Source: an uncultured Chlorobiota bacterium (lineage in GTDB: Bacteria; Bacteroidota; Ignavibacteria; UBA10030; UBA6906). Taken from it: a stretch of DNA of 64,000 nt. The translations under genes and the position numbers were made by a program. Numbering within the stretch: position 1 is the first letter of the stretch; each line of letters begins with the position of its first letter. Positions 1 through 8,812 of the stretch are shown piece by piece. The stretch lies in the NCBI GenBank assembly GCA_900696645.1, contig CAADGV010000024.1, positions 64,912 through 128,911 of the forward strand, written 5' to 3'. Below the pieces are notes generated by a model. It did not search any database and had not been told where the DNA came from. It saw only the letters and a list, made by a program, of their open reading frames with translations.

Positions 1-58
1 CGGTTCGATTTCAGTTGCAGATGCACAAGTACATCTGGGAGCCGGAGGCGAGAGGCGT

Positions 59-748
59 ATGAGCAAGCGACCCTTGGCTGTAATTCTTGCAAGCGGGGGA
101 ATGGACAGTTGTGTCACGGCGGCAATTGCTTCGCAGGAATTTGACCTTGCGTTCCTCCACCTGAACTACGGGCAACGAACGGAAGGCCGGGAGATGCGGG
201 CATTCAATGCGGCCGCCGATCATTTTCGTGCCGCACACAGACTTGTGGTTTCGATGGATCATCTCTCCAAAATCGGGGGGTCGAGCCTTACGGATGCTGC
301 CTTTCCTGTGACGAAGGCGGTTCTGCACAACACGTCAGTCCCGACATCGTACGTGCCGTTCCGGAATGCCAATATGCTGGCCGTTGCCGTAAGTTGGGCC
401 GAAGTGCTGGAGGCTGCTTCGATTTTCGTAGGAGCCGTACAGGAGGATTCCTCCGGATATCCTGATTGCCGGCGGGAGTTCTATGATGCCTTCGAAAAAG
501 TCATTGATGTCGGGACAAAGCCTTCTACTAACATAAAGATCAGCACGCCGATTATTCATCTCACAAAAATGGAGATCGTGCTGCGGGGAGTTGCATTAGG
601 CGCTCCGCTGCATCTGACATGGTCGTGTTATCAAAACGAAGAGGTTGCCTGCGGGGTGTGCGACAGTTGCGCGTTGCGGCTACGGGGCTTTCAACTTGCC
701 GGAGTTCCCGACCCGATTCCGTACGCACACCGTCCGGTATATGCCTGA
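59..748 (+). CDS. queC: 7-cyano-7-deazaguanine synthase QueC
   Basis: N-terminal PP-loop ASGGMDSCV; C-terminal zinc motif CGVCDSCALRLRGF typical of QueC; about 229 aa. Confidence 0.85.
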   Translation: MSKRPLAVILASGGMDSCVTAAIASQEFDLAFLHLNYGQRTEGREMRAFNAAADHFRAAHRLVVSMDHLSKIGGSSLTDAAFPVTKAVLHNTSVPTSYVPFRNANMLAVAVSWAEVLEAASIFVGAVQEDSSGYPDCRREFYDAFEKVIDVGTKPSTNIKISTPIIHLTKMEIVLRGVALGAPLHLTWSCYQNEEVACGVCDSCALRLRGFQLAGVPDPIPYAHRPVYA

Positions 749-795
749 CAAATTCTCATTCTCTTTCCAATCCAACAAGACAGACAAGGTGAATT

Positions 796-2319
796 ATGGA
801 ACAGTTCAAGGATAACATCTACAAACTCATTGTTGAGACATCCACCAACCTGCCGCCGGATGTACGCAGAGCTTTGGCCCGGACTATAGAAACGGAAAAA
901 CCGGACTCGCAATCGGGACTTGCGTTGCAGACCATCGCCATCAACGTTGACATGGCATGTGATACTCTTGCCCCGATTTGTCAGGATACCGGCATGTTGA
1001 CCTTTGAAATTCATTGCCCGGTCGGCGCAAATCAAATTATCATGAAACGGAAGATTTTAGAAGCAATAGCCGACGCAACGAAAAACGGCAAACTCCGCCC
1101 AAATTCTGTCAATTCTCTGACAGGAAAAAACAGCGGCAACAATCTCGGCGAAGGGACTCCTGTCGTTCACTTCGAGCAGTGGGAGAGGGATGAAGTTGAT
1201 GTTCGTCTGCTGCTCAAAGGGGGCGGGTGCGAGAACAAGAACATCCAGTATTCGCTTCCCGCTGAGTTGCCGAATCTCGGCCGGGCCGATCGAAGTCTCG
1301 AAGGAGTTCGTAAAGCCATCATGCACGCCGTGTTTCAGGCACAAGGTCAGGGTTGCAGTGTTGGCGCAATCGGTGTTGGTATCGGAGGCGATAGAACATC
1401 AGGCTATACGTTGGCGAAGAGACAACTCTTCCGGTCGTTGGATGATGTGAATTCGAATCCTGACCTGGCGAAGCTTGAGGCGAGAATTCTTGAAGATGCC
1501 AACAAGCTCGGCATCGGAACGATGGGCTTCGGCGGGCGAGCAACGCTGATTGGCTGTAAGATCGGCGCCTACAACCGCCTGCCCGCCAGTTTCTTCGTCA
1601 GCGTTGCGTATGACTGCTGGGCGTTTCGCAGGCTCGGTGTTGTTCTTGATGCAAGCACGGGTGCCATCAAGCGTTGGCTGTACAAAGACGAAACGCCGAC
1701 AGTCAAGATGGCGAAGAGTGGAGGGCTGCCCATTACCGGACGGGAGGTTTCATTGACAACACCCCTCTCCGAAGCGCAAGTCCGTTCACTCAAAGTCGGT
1801 GATGTTGTGCTGCTGAACGGCGAGATGCACATGGGCCGCGACATGATTCATCATCACTTGATGACGCATGACTCTCCCGTTGATCTCAACGGAGCAGCAT
1901 TGTACCATTGCGGTCCGGTGGCGCTGAAAGAAAACGCCAAATGGGTGATGGGAGCGGCCGGACCCACAACAAGTATTCGCGAAGAGCCGTATCAAGGCGA
2001 TATCATCAAGAAATTCGGCATCCGTGCGGTTATCGGAAAGGGAGGAATGGGGGCGAAAACGCTCGCGGCACTGAAAGATTTTGGTGCCGTGTATCTGAAC
2101 GCAATCGGCGGAGCGGCGCAATTCTATACAAAGTGTATCACAGAAGTAACAGGCGTTGACTTTCTCGAAGAGTTCGGTGTTCCCGAAGCAATGTGGCATA
2201 TTACCGTGAAGGATTTCCCTGCAATCGTTACGATGGACGCTCACGGCAACAGCCTGCACGCGGATGTGGAAAAAGCATCGGCCGCGGAGTTGAAGAAATT
2301 TGCTGAAGTGCCGGCATAG
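796..2319 (+). CDS. class I (Fe-S, oxygen-labile) fumarate hydratase, fused alpha/beta subunits
   Basis: CQDTGM signature and GGGCENKN motif of the Fe-S hydro-lyase family in the N half, beta-subunit-like C half, 507 aa. Confidence 0.8.
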   Translation: MEQFKDNIYKLIVETSTNLPPDVRRALARTIETEKPDSQSGLALQTIAINVDMACDTLAPICQDTGMLTFEIHCPVGANQIIMKRKILEAIADATKNGKLRPNSVNSLTGKNSGNNLGEGTPVVHFEQWERDEVDVRLLLKGGGCENKNIQYSLPAELPNLGRADRSLEGVRKAIMHAVFQAQGQGCSVGAIGVGIGGDRTSGYTLAKRQLFRSLDDVNSNPDLAKLEARILEDANKLGIGTMGFGGRATLIGCKIGAYNRLPASFFVSVAYDCWAFRRLGVVLDASTGAIKRWLYKDETPTVKMAKSGGLPITGREVSLTTPLSEAQVRSLKVGDVVLLNGEMHMGRDMIHHHLMTHDSPVDLNGAALYHCGPVALKENAKWVMGAAGPTTSIREEPYQGDIIKKFGIRAVIGKGGMGAKTLAALKDFGAVYLNAIGGAAQFYTKCITEVTGVDFLEEFGVPEAMWHITVKDFPAIVTMDAHGNSLHADVEKASAAELKKFAEVPA

Positions 2320-2397
2320 CATCAGCACGTGACTTTGCACATTTAATAGCTGTTCATTGACAATTCACATCATCAAACTAACATCAGGAGAAGCACT

Positions 2398-2892
2398 ATG
2401 CTCAGCAAAACAATCCTCAATGCGTTCGACACACAGATCAAGAATGAGCTTGAGGCTGCATACTTGTATCTATCGATGTCCTCGTATTGCAATGCGTTGA
2501 ATTTCCCCGGCTTCAGCAAGTGGCTTCGCACTCAAGCGCAGGAAGAGTTGGGACACGGGATGAAGCTGTTCGACTACGTTCATCACCGGGGAAGCAACGC
2601 AACATTACAGGCAATCGCAGAACCGAAGGCCTCATTCAAGGATATTGTCGAGGTGTTTGATGTTGTTTACGAGCATGAGAAAAAAGTCACCGCGCTGATT
2701 CACAAGCTCTACGAAGCGGCTCTAAAGGAGAACGACTATGCCAGCCAAATCGAGCTGCAATGGTTCATTACGGAACAGGTGGAAGAGGAACAAACCGCCT
2801 CGATGATTGTCGAACAACTGAAGATGATCGGAGACAACAAGGCAATGCTACTGATGATGGATCGGCAGATGGGTACCCGCGGCGTTGCATGA
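2398..2892 (+). CDS. non-haem ferritin
   Basis: ferritin-like four-helix ferroxidase motifs (ELEAAYLYLSMS..., QAQEELGHGMKLFDYV), 164 aa, RBS aggag upstream. Confidence 0.8.
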   Translation: MLSKTILNAFDTQIKNELEAAYLYLSMSSYCNALNFPGFSKWLRTQAQEELGHGMKLFDYVHHRGSNATLQAIAEPKASFKDIVEVFDVVYEHEKKVTALIHKLYEAALKENDYASQIELQWFITEQVEEEQTASMIVEQLKMIGDNKAMLLMMDRQMGTRGVA

Positions 2893-2919
2893 CCGGGTTA
2901 CTGCCTTGATGAGAATGGT

Positions 2920-2952
2920 AGAGACGTTCAGAATGAACGTCTCTTTTTTTTT
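2920..2952 (+). terminator. rho-independent terminator after ferritin
   Basis: perfect 10-bp stem agagacgttc/gaacgtctct with 5-nt loop followed by T8 run. Confidence 0.6.
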
Positions 2953-2974
2953 AGGGGGGGTATTGTTAAGTAAC

Positions 2975-3811
2975 CTAATACAACACAAGCTCAGGCGAGT
3001 TCGGAATCAATCCCTTCTCAAATCCTCTCTTGAACAACAACTCAAGGGCTTGCTTCCCCTTCTCGCCCATATCAATCGTCAAGTCGCTTACATACATCTT
3101 CACAAACTTCTCGCCGAGCGTGTAGTCAATTCCTCGTCCCCATTGCATAGCGTAGGGAATCGATTCGTCCTGGTGATTGTAGCCGTATGCAATACTTGCC
3201 TTCAAGCCTTCAGAAAGTTTCCTTGCCATCGCTTCGCCTAAATCCTTCCGTGCAACATCAAGTCCGAGGGGAAGAGGCAGCCCGTTGGTTTCTTTCTCCC
3301 AGAATTCGCCAAAGTCGAGAATCTTGTTATAGCCCAGTGATTGGTATGTGATCTGCCCCTCATGAATGAGCAGGCCGGCGTCAACATCGCCGCTATCGAC
3401 TGCTTCCATGATCTTGTCGAACGGCATGTCGATATTGTTGATGCCTTCGGTGAATGTTTTGAAGAGCAGTGTTGCCGTTGTAAGCGGGCCGGGCGTGCCA
3501 ACTGTCTTTCCCTTCAAGTCATTCAGGGACTTGTATTTGCGGGAGATGATCACCGGGCCGTATCCTTCCCCCATGCTTGCGCCGGTTTTCATGATCCAGT
3601 ATTTGTCGGCAACGTAAGGAAACGCATGAGCGGAAATCGCCGTCACTTCAAGTTCTGCTTTCATTGCGCGTTCGTTCAATGACTGAATATCTTCAAGAAG
3701 ATGTTCGATGACGATGCCGTCAAGCTTCACTTTGCCGCTGGCAAGTCCGTAGAACATGAATGCATCGTCGGGGTCGGGACTGTGTCCGACTTTGATTATT
3801 CTCTCTGCCAT
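2975..3811 (-). CDS. futalosine-pathway menaquinone biosynthesis protein, MqnA/MqnD family
   Basis: N-terminal VGHSPDPDDAFMFYGLASGK motif characteristic of MqnA/MqnD; start set at internal ATG 3811 (MAERIIKVGHSP); directly downstream of ubiE/menG on the same strand. Confidence 0.6.
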   Translation of the reverse strand: MAERIIKVGHSPDPDDAFMFYGLASGKVKLDGIVIEHLLEDIQSLNERAMKAELEVTAISAHAFPYVADKYWIMKTGASMGEGYGPVIISRKYKSLNDLKGKTVGTPGPLTTATLLFKTFTEGINNIDMPFDKIMEAVDSGDVDAGLLIHEGQITYQSLGYNKILDFGEFWEKETNGLPLPLGLDVARKDLGEAMARKLSEGLKASIAYGYNHQDESIPYAMQWGRGIDYTLGEKFVKMYVSDLTIDMGEKGKQALELLFKRGFEKGLIPNSPELVLY

Positions 3812-3854
3812 AAGTCTTGTTGATGGTTGAAGGAAATTGTCGAACTGATAGATG

Positions 3855-4547
3855 TTATTTCTTCGCGCCGCAATAAATCGTAACAATGCCGAATGTCAAT
3901 CTCTCCTCTTTCAACTCCGCAAATCCTACCTTCCGCAGGATGTTGAGAAAGTCATTTCCTTCGGGGAACTTCATCACTGTGTCCGGGAGATATGTGTAGG
4001 CTTCCTTGTGTCGGGAAACGATTCTGCCGACAAGCGGAAGAACCGACTTGAAATAGAAAAAATACAGTTGATTGAACGGAAACGTTCCCGGTCGTGAAAA
4101 CTCCAGCACAACAATTTTCCCTCCCGGACGGAGGATGCGGTTCATCTCCGCCAGGCCCTGCTCGAGATGCTCGAAGTTGCGAGCACCGAACGCAACAATC
4201 GCCGCGTCAAAGGAACCCGTCTCGAACCCGAGATGTTCGGCCTCGCCGGTTTGCAACGTAATCGTCGAGTCAAGCCCGCGCTTCTGCAGTTTCGCCCTGC
4301 CGATCTTCAGCATCTCTTCGGCAATATCAACCCCGATCACTTCCTGAGGGTTCAGCCGAAGCGTGGCGATGGCAAAATCTGCCGTTCCTGTTGCAACGTC
4401 GAGAATTCTTCTTGGCCGAATGTCCTTGAGATACTGCACCGCCCTGCGCCGCCAATAGAAATCAATTCCTCCGCTTAACAGGTGGTTGAGAAGATCGTAG
4501 CGATACGCGATAGAATCAAAAAGAGAACGGACGTACTGTTTTTCCAA
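3855..4547 (-). CDS. ubiE: demethylmenaquinone/ubiquinone C-methyltransferase UbiE/MenG
   Basis: SAM-MTase motifs ILDVATGTADFA, RPGGKIVVLEFS; N-terminus YDLLNHLLSGGIDFYWRR typical of UbiE; 230 aa. Confidence 0.8.
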   Translation of the reverse strand: MEKQYVRSLFDSIAYRYDLLNHLLSGGIDFYWRRRAVQYLKDIRPRRILDVATGTADFAIATLRLNPQEVIGVDIAEEMLKIGRAKLQKRGLDSTITLQTGEAEHLGFETGSFDAAIVAFGARNFEHLEQGLAEMNRILRPGGKIVVLEFSRPGTFPFNQLYFFYFKSVLPLVGRIVSRHKEAYTYLPDTVMKFPEGNDFLNILRKVGFAELKEERLTFGIVTIYCGAKK

Positions 4548-4677
4548 TGAAGGGCAAATCCAGATTGTTGAATGGCAAAAGATACGGAAGTTTCAGATTC
4601 GTTCAAACTTCTTCACCTGAGTTTTCTATTTTGCTTCCCGTTGGATATATTGACAAACAGAACATCAAGATATCTGC

Positions 4678-5778
4678 ATGTCAAAGATTACAGTTCATCT
4701 TGCGCAAACTGTCGACCGTTCGTACCGGATTGAAGTGAAGCCGGGGGCGCTTGATAGCCTCGCTGCGTTCATTCTACGCCAACGTCGCGGGTCGAAAGTC
4801 TTTATCATAACTGACTCCAACGTTGAGATGTTGGTGGGAAGAAAGATTCAGAGAAAGATGTATGAAGCGGGTCTCGAGACGCTGCTGCTGAGTTTTCCTG
4901 CAGGCGAGAAGTCAAAGAACCAGCGTATTGTTCATGCTCTGCATACGCAACTCCTTGCCGGTGATATTCGCCGGGATAGCCTCATTGTCGCCCTTGGTGG
5001 CGGCGTTGTGGGGGATGTTGCAGGTTACGTTGCCGCGACAATCTCGAGGGGAGTCGCCTTCATTCAAGTGCCGACAACGCTGCTCTCGCAAGTCGACAGC
5101 AGCGTCGGCGGCAAGGTTGGCATCAATCATCCTCGCGGAAAGAACCTGATCGGAGCATTTCATCAGCCGATGGCGGTATTTGTTGACCCCGATGTGTTGA
5201 GAACCCTGCCGCAACGCGAATTCTGCAGCGGCCTTGCTGAAGTGGTAAAGATTGCCGCCGCTCTTGACAGACGATTGTTTCAGTTTCTTGAACGAAATGC
5301 CCATCGTGTGTCGAAATCAAATCCGAAACTTCTGACAGAGATCATTTCGCGATGTGTTGCGCTCAAGGCGGCTGTTGTCGAGGCGGATGAGTTCGAATCA
5401 GGATTGCGAAGGTCGCTCAATCTCGGCCACACAATCGGCCACGCCATTGAATCGTCAACGAACTATTCCATCAATCACGGGGAAGCTGTGGCTATCGGCC
5501 TTGTTACGGAATCGACGGTTGCTCATCGGATGGGATTGCTTTCTTCACGTGAACTTGACAGACTCATCTCGCTTCTGAAAAAGCTGGGCCTGCCGACAGG
5601 TATGCCGCAGCTTCGCAACACAACGAAGTTTTTCTCTTCATTGTCTGCGGACAAGAAATCCGTCGGGGGGCGTGCAAAGTACGTGTTGCTCTCCGCAATC
5701 GGAAGCTGTGTTATAGGTGTCGACGTGTCGACGACTCTTGTTCAGAACGTGGTGATGGAAAGCAGGCGAGTTCGCTGA
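4678..5778 (+). CDS. aroB: 3-dehydroquinate synthase
   Basis: near-identical blocks to E. coli AroB (LGGGVVGDVAGYVAAT, VPTTLLSQVDSSVGGKVGINHPRGKNLIGAFHQP). Confidence 0.9.
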   Translation: MSKITVHLAQTVDRSYRIEVKPGALDSLAAFILRQRRGSKVFIITDSNVEMLVGRKIQRKMYEAGLETLLLSFPAGEKSKNQRIVHALHTQLLAGDIRRDSLIVALGGGVVGDVAGYVAATISRGVAFIQVPTTLLSQVDSSVGGKVGINHPRGKNLIGAFHQPMAVFVDPDVLRTLPQREFCSGLAEVVKIAAALDRRLFQFLERNAHRVSKSNPKLLTEIISRCVALKAAVVEADEFESGLRRSLNLGHTIGHAIESSTNYSINHGEAVAIGLVTESTVAHRMGLLSSRELDRLISLLKKLGLPTGMPQLRNTTKFFSSLSADKKSVGGRAKYVLLSAIGSCVIGVDVSTTLVQNVVMESRRVR

Positions 5779-7232
5779 TGATTATTGTGTCGATAACGGG
5801 ACCCGGAATGAAGGATGCGCTTGGACAGATTGCCGCCTCATCTCAATATGCGGACATGTTCGAATTGCGTCTTGATATGATTCAGGAGCCGCCTCTCGGC
5901 ATGCTGATGGCGGCAACCGGCAAGCCGATTATTGCCACATGTCGACCTGATTGGGAGGGCGGTGAATTTCGTGAAACGGAATCAGAACGGGCCGAAATTC
6001 TTCATGCAGCAGCGGAACTCGGCGCAGCGTACGTTGATATTGAACTGAATGCAGATGCAGGAATTATACGCAGACTTCACGGCGACGGGCGTCGTCTCAT
6101 TCTCTCCTATCATCACAACGGGAAAGGCAAGCTTGATATAGCAAGAATGTACAGGCGCATGAAATCGCCTCACGCACATGTATTGAAGCTTGCATACACT
6201 GCGGAAGATTGTGCTGATATAAAGTACGCATTCGAGTTTCTCCAACTTGCCAAACAGGACAAGCAAAGAGCTATAGCTATTGCCATGGGAGAATTCGGCG
6301 AGCCGACGAGAATTCTCTACAAGAAATTCGGAGGATGGGCAACGTACGCATCGGCGGGTATTGGCCTAAGTGCCGCTGCCGGACAAATTCCCGCTGCCGA
6401 ATTGAGAGAACTGTATCGATCTGAAAGAATCTCCGGCAAGACAAAGGTCTTCGGAGTGGTCGGTAATCCGTTGAAGCAAAGTAAAGGTATTTACCTGCAC
6501 AATCCGCTTTATCAGAAAGCTAAGAAGGATGCCGTGTATTGCAGATTTCAAGTGAGGGATCTGAATTCGTACATGAAGCGTGTGGCGCCGGTGTTGAACG
6601 GTTTCAGTGTTACAATTCCTCACAAGCAATCGATCATCAAGTATCTGGATCGAATTGATCCGACAGCTAAAGCCATCGGTGCCGTGAATACAGTTATGCG
6701 CAAAGCGGGCAGGTTGTATGGAACAAACACGGACGCTCCGGGCGCTCTTGATGCCATAGAAAACGTACTGAAGGTCAAAGGAAAGAGCATGCTGATTGCC
6801 GGGGCCGGCGGAGCGGCTCGTGCAATTGCATATGAAGCAAAACAACGCGGAGCAAAGATTTTCTTGACTAACAGAACCGAATCAACAGGACGGAAACTTG
6901 CTACGGAATTCAACGTGGATTTTGTTTCAAAGACCGAGCTTCTTCGTGCCGCACGAAAGGGTGTACGATATGATATTATTGTCAACGCCACATCAGTAGG
7001 TATGACGCCGCATGTGAATGCATCACCTCTTCCCAAATCTATTCTCAAAAAGGCAATCGTGTTCGATGCAGTGTACAATCCTCCTATGACGAAATTGTTA
7101 CGGGATGCAAAGAATGCAGGCGCTATGATTGTTCAAGGGACAGAGATGTATTTCAATCAGGCGGCGCTGCAGTTTGAATTGTACGCGGGCGTGAAGCCCG
7201 GAATCTCAACAATGAGGAAAATCCTTTCATAA
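5778..7232 (+). CDS. bifunctional 3-dehydroquinate dehydratase (type I) / shikimate dehydrogenase fusion
   Basis: 484 aa; N half resembles type I DHQase; C half has shikimate dehydrogenase signatures (VVGNPLKQSKGIYLHNPLY, Rossmann GAGGAARAIAYEA); 4-nt overlap with aroB stop. Confidence 0.75.
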   Translation: MIIVSITGPGMKDALGQIAASSQYADMFELRLDMIQEPPLGMLMAATGKPIIATCRPDWEGGEFRETESERAEILHAAAELGAAYVDIELNADAGIIRRLHGDGRRLILSYHHNGKGKLDIARMYRRMKSPHAHVLKLAYTAEDCADIKYAFEFLQLAKQDKQRAIAIAMGEFGEPTRILYKKFGGWATYASAGIGLSAAAGQIPAAELRELYRSERISGKTKVFGVVGNPLKQSKGIYLHNPLYQKAKKDAVYCRFQVRDLNSYMKRVAPVLNGFSVTIPHKQSIIKYLDRIDPTAKAIGAVNTVMRKAGRLYGTNTDAPGALDAIENVLKVKGKSMLIAGAGGAARAIAYEAKQRGAKIFLTNRTESTGRKLATEFNVDFVSKTELLRAARKGVRYDIIVNATSVGMTPHVNASPLPKSILKKAIVFDAVYNPPMTKLLRDAKNAGAMIVQGTEMYFNQAALQFELYAGVKPGISTMRKILS

Positions 7233-7240
7233 GGCGGGAA

Positions 7241-7543
7241 ATGCTGAAACACATTGTCATGTGGAAGTTCAAGGAAACGGCGGAAAGGACAAGCAAAGAG
7301 GAGAATCTGCGGAAGGCAAAAGAGCTTCTTGACTTGCTGCCGTCGCAGATTCCTGCCATCGGCGGCTTTGAAGTCGGGATTGATATACTGCATTCCGACT
7401 CGTCTTACGATTTGGTATTGAATTCGTCTTTCAAAAACAGAGACGATCTTGTCGCATATCAGACGCATCCGTCGCATGTGAAAGTGGTCGAGTTTCTTCG
7501 CAAAGTGCAAATTGGGAAAGCCGTCGTTGATTACGTCGTGTAG
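7241..7543 (+). CDS. Dabb-family stress-responsive alpha+beta barrel protein
   Basis: 100 aa, MLKHIVMWKFKE...AYQTHPSHVKVVEF pattern of the Dabb (dimeric alpha/beta barrel) family; embedded inside the aro operon. Confidence 0.6.
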   Translation: MLKHIVMWKFKETAERTSKEENLRKAKELLDLLPSQIPAIGGFEVGIDILHSDSSYDLVLNSSFKNRDDLVAYQTHPSHVKVVEFLRKVQIGKAVVDYVV

Positions 7544-8806
7544 ATGATTCGAGAAATCCATCCATTGAGGAGGCCGGTCAATGCCGGTATTCACGTGCCC
7601 GGCTCGAAAAGCCTGACAAACAGGGCACTCATCTGCGCAGCTTTGGCGAAAGGCGAATCTACGCTCAACAATGCATCGGACAGCGACGATACATCGCTGA
7701 TGCGAAACGGGCTGAATCAGCTTGGCGTACTCGTTCGAAAGAAGGATGATACACTCATTGTCGAAGGCACGGGCGGGAAAGTGTACGCGCCCAAATTCCC
7801 CATTCCCGTCGGTAACGCGGGAACGACACTACGGTTTCTGCTCTCGTTAGCCGCGCTTGCCCCAGGTAAGACAGTTCTCGACGGGAGTGAGCGGATGGCT
7901 GCGCGTCCAATTGATGATTTGACGAGTTCCCTTGCGGCACTCGGCACGGAGGTCGGGTTCTCGCCTCATCAAGCACGCTACGTCGTAAATGGCGGCTCGT
8001 TCGTCGGTGGCAAAACTAAACTTGATGCCTCAAGAAGTTCTCAGTTTCTGTCGTCGCTGTTGATGGTGGCACCGTATGCAACCGAGGACGTACAAATCGA
8101 AGTGGCGGGAGAGATTTCTTCTGCTCCGTATGTTCAGCTCACGTTGCAGGTTATGCGTGAGTTCGGGGTGAATGTGGAGCATTTAGCAGGCGACTGCTTT
8201 GTGGTCAGGGCAGGCCAGAGATATATCCCGACATCATTTGCAGTAGAGGCGGATGCATCGAGCGCGACGTACTTCCTTGCGGCAGCGGCACTGTGTAGCG
8301 GAGACATCCTTGTAGAGGGTGTCAGACGTGATACGTTGCAAGCGGATGCAAACTTTGTCAACATATTGCATCAGATGGGATGTAGGATCGAGCATGAGGA
8401 AAGGGGCGTTAGACTCAATAGCAACGGACGGCTTCAGGGTGTTGATGTTAGCATGAATTCCATGCCCGATGCCGTGCCAACGCTTGTTGTAACAGCATTG
8501 TTCGCCGAAGGGACGACGCGTATCAGAAACATTTCCCATCTTCGTCATAAGGAATCTGACAGGCTTCATGCAATGGAGACTGAACTGAAAAAACTCGGCG
8601 CTGAAATCAGTGTGTATGATGATCGGGTAGATATCAATCCCTCGATATTGTCGGGTGGTGTTCTGGATACGTACGATGATCATCGTTTGGCGATGGCCTT
8701 CGCGCTAATCGGTTTGAAGGTAGATGGCGTAAAGATAGATAATCCGGCTTGCGTGAGGAAATCTTTTCCGCAATTCTGGACGGAATTCGACAAGCTATAC
8801 TGTTAA
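7544..8806 (+). CDS. aroA: 3-phosphoshikimate 1-carboxyvinyltransferase (EPSP synthase)
   Basis: VPGSKSLTNRALICAALA N-terminal signature, 420 aa, contiguous with aroC. Confidence 0.9.
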   Translation: MIREIHPLRRPVNAGIHVPGSKSLTNRALICAALAKGESTLNNASDSDDTSLMRNGLNQLGVLVRKKDDTLIVEGTGGKVYAPKFPIPVGNAGTTLRFLLSLAALAPGKTVLDGSERMAARPIDDLTSSLAALGTEVGFSPHQARYVVNGGSFVGGKTKLDASRSSQFLSSLLMVAPYATEDVQIEVAGEISSAPYVQLTLQVMREFGVNVEHLAGDCFVVRAGQRYIPTSFAVEADASSATYFLAAAALCSGDILVEGVRRDTLQADANFVNILHQMGCRIEHEERGVRLNSNGRLQGVDVSMNSMPDAVPTLVVTALFAEGTTRIRNISHLRHKESDRLHAMETELKKLGAEISVYDDRVDINPSILSGGVLDTYDDHRLAMAFALIGLKVDGVKIDNPACVRKSFPQFWTEFDKLYC

Positions 8807-8812
8807 AAAGAC

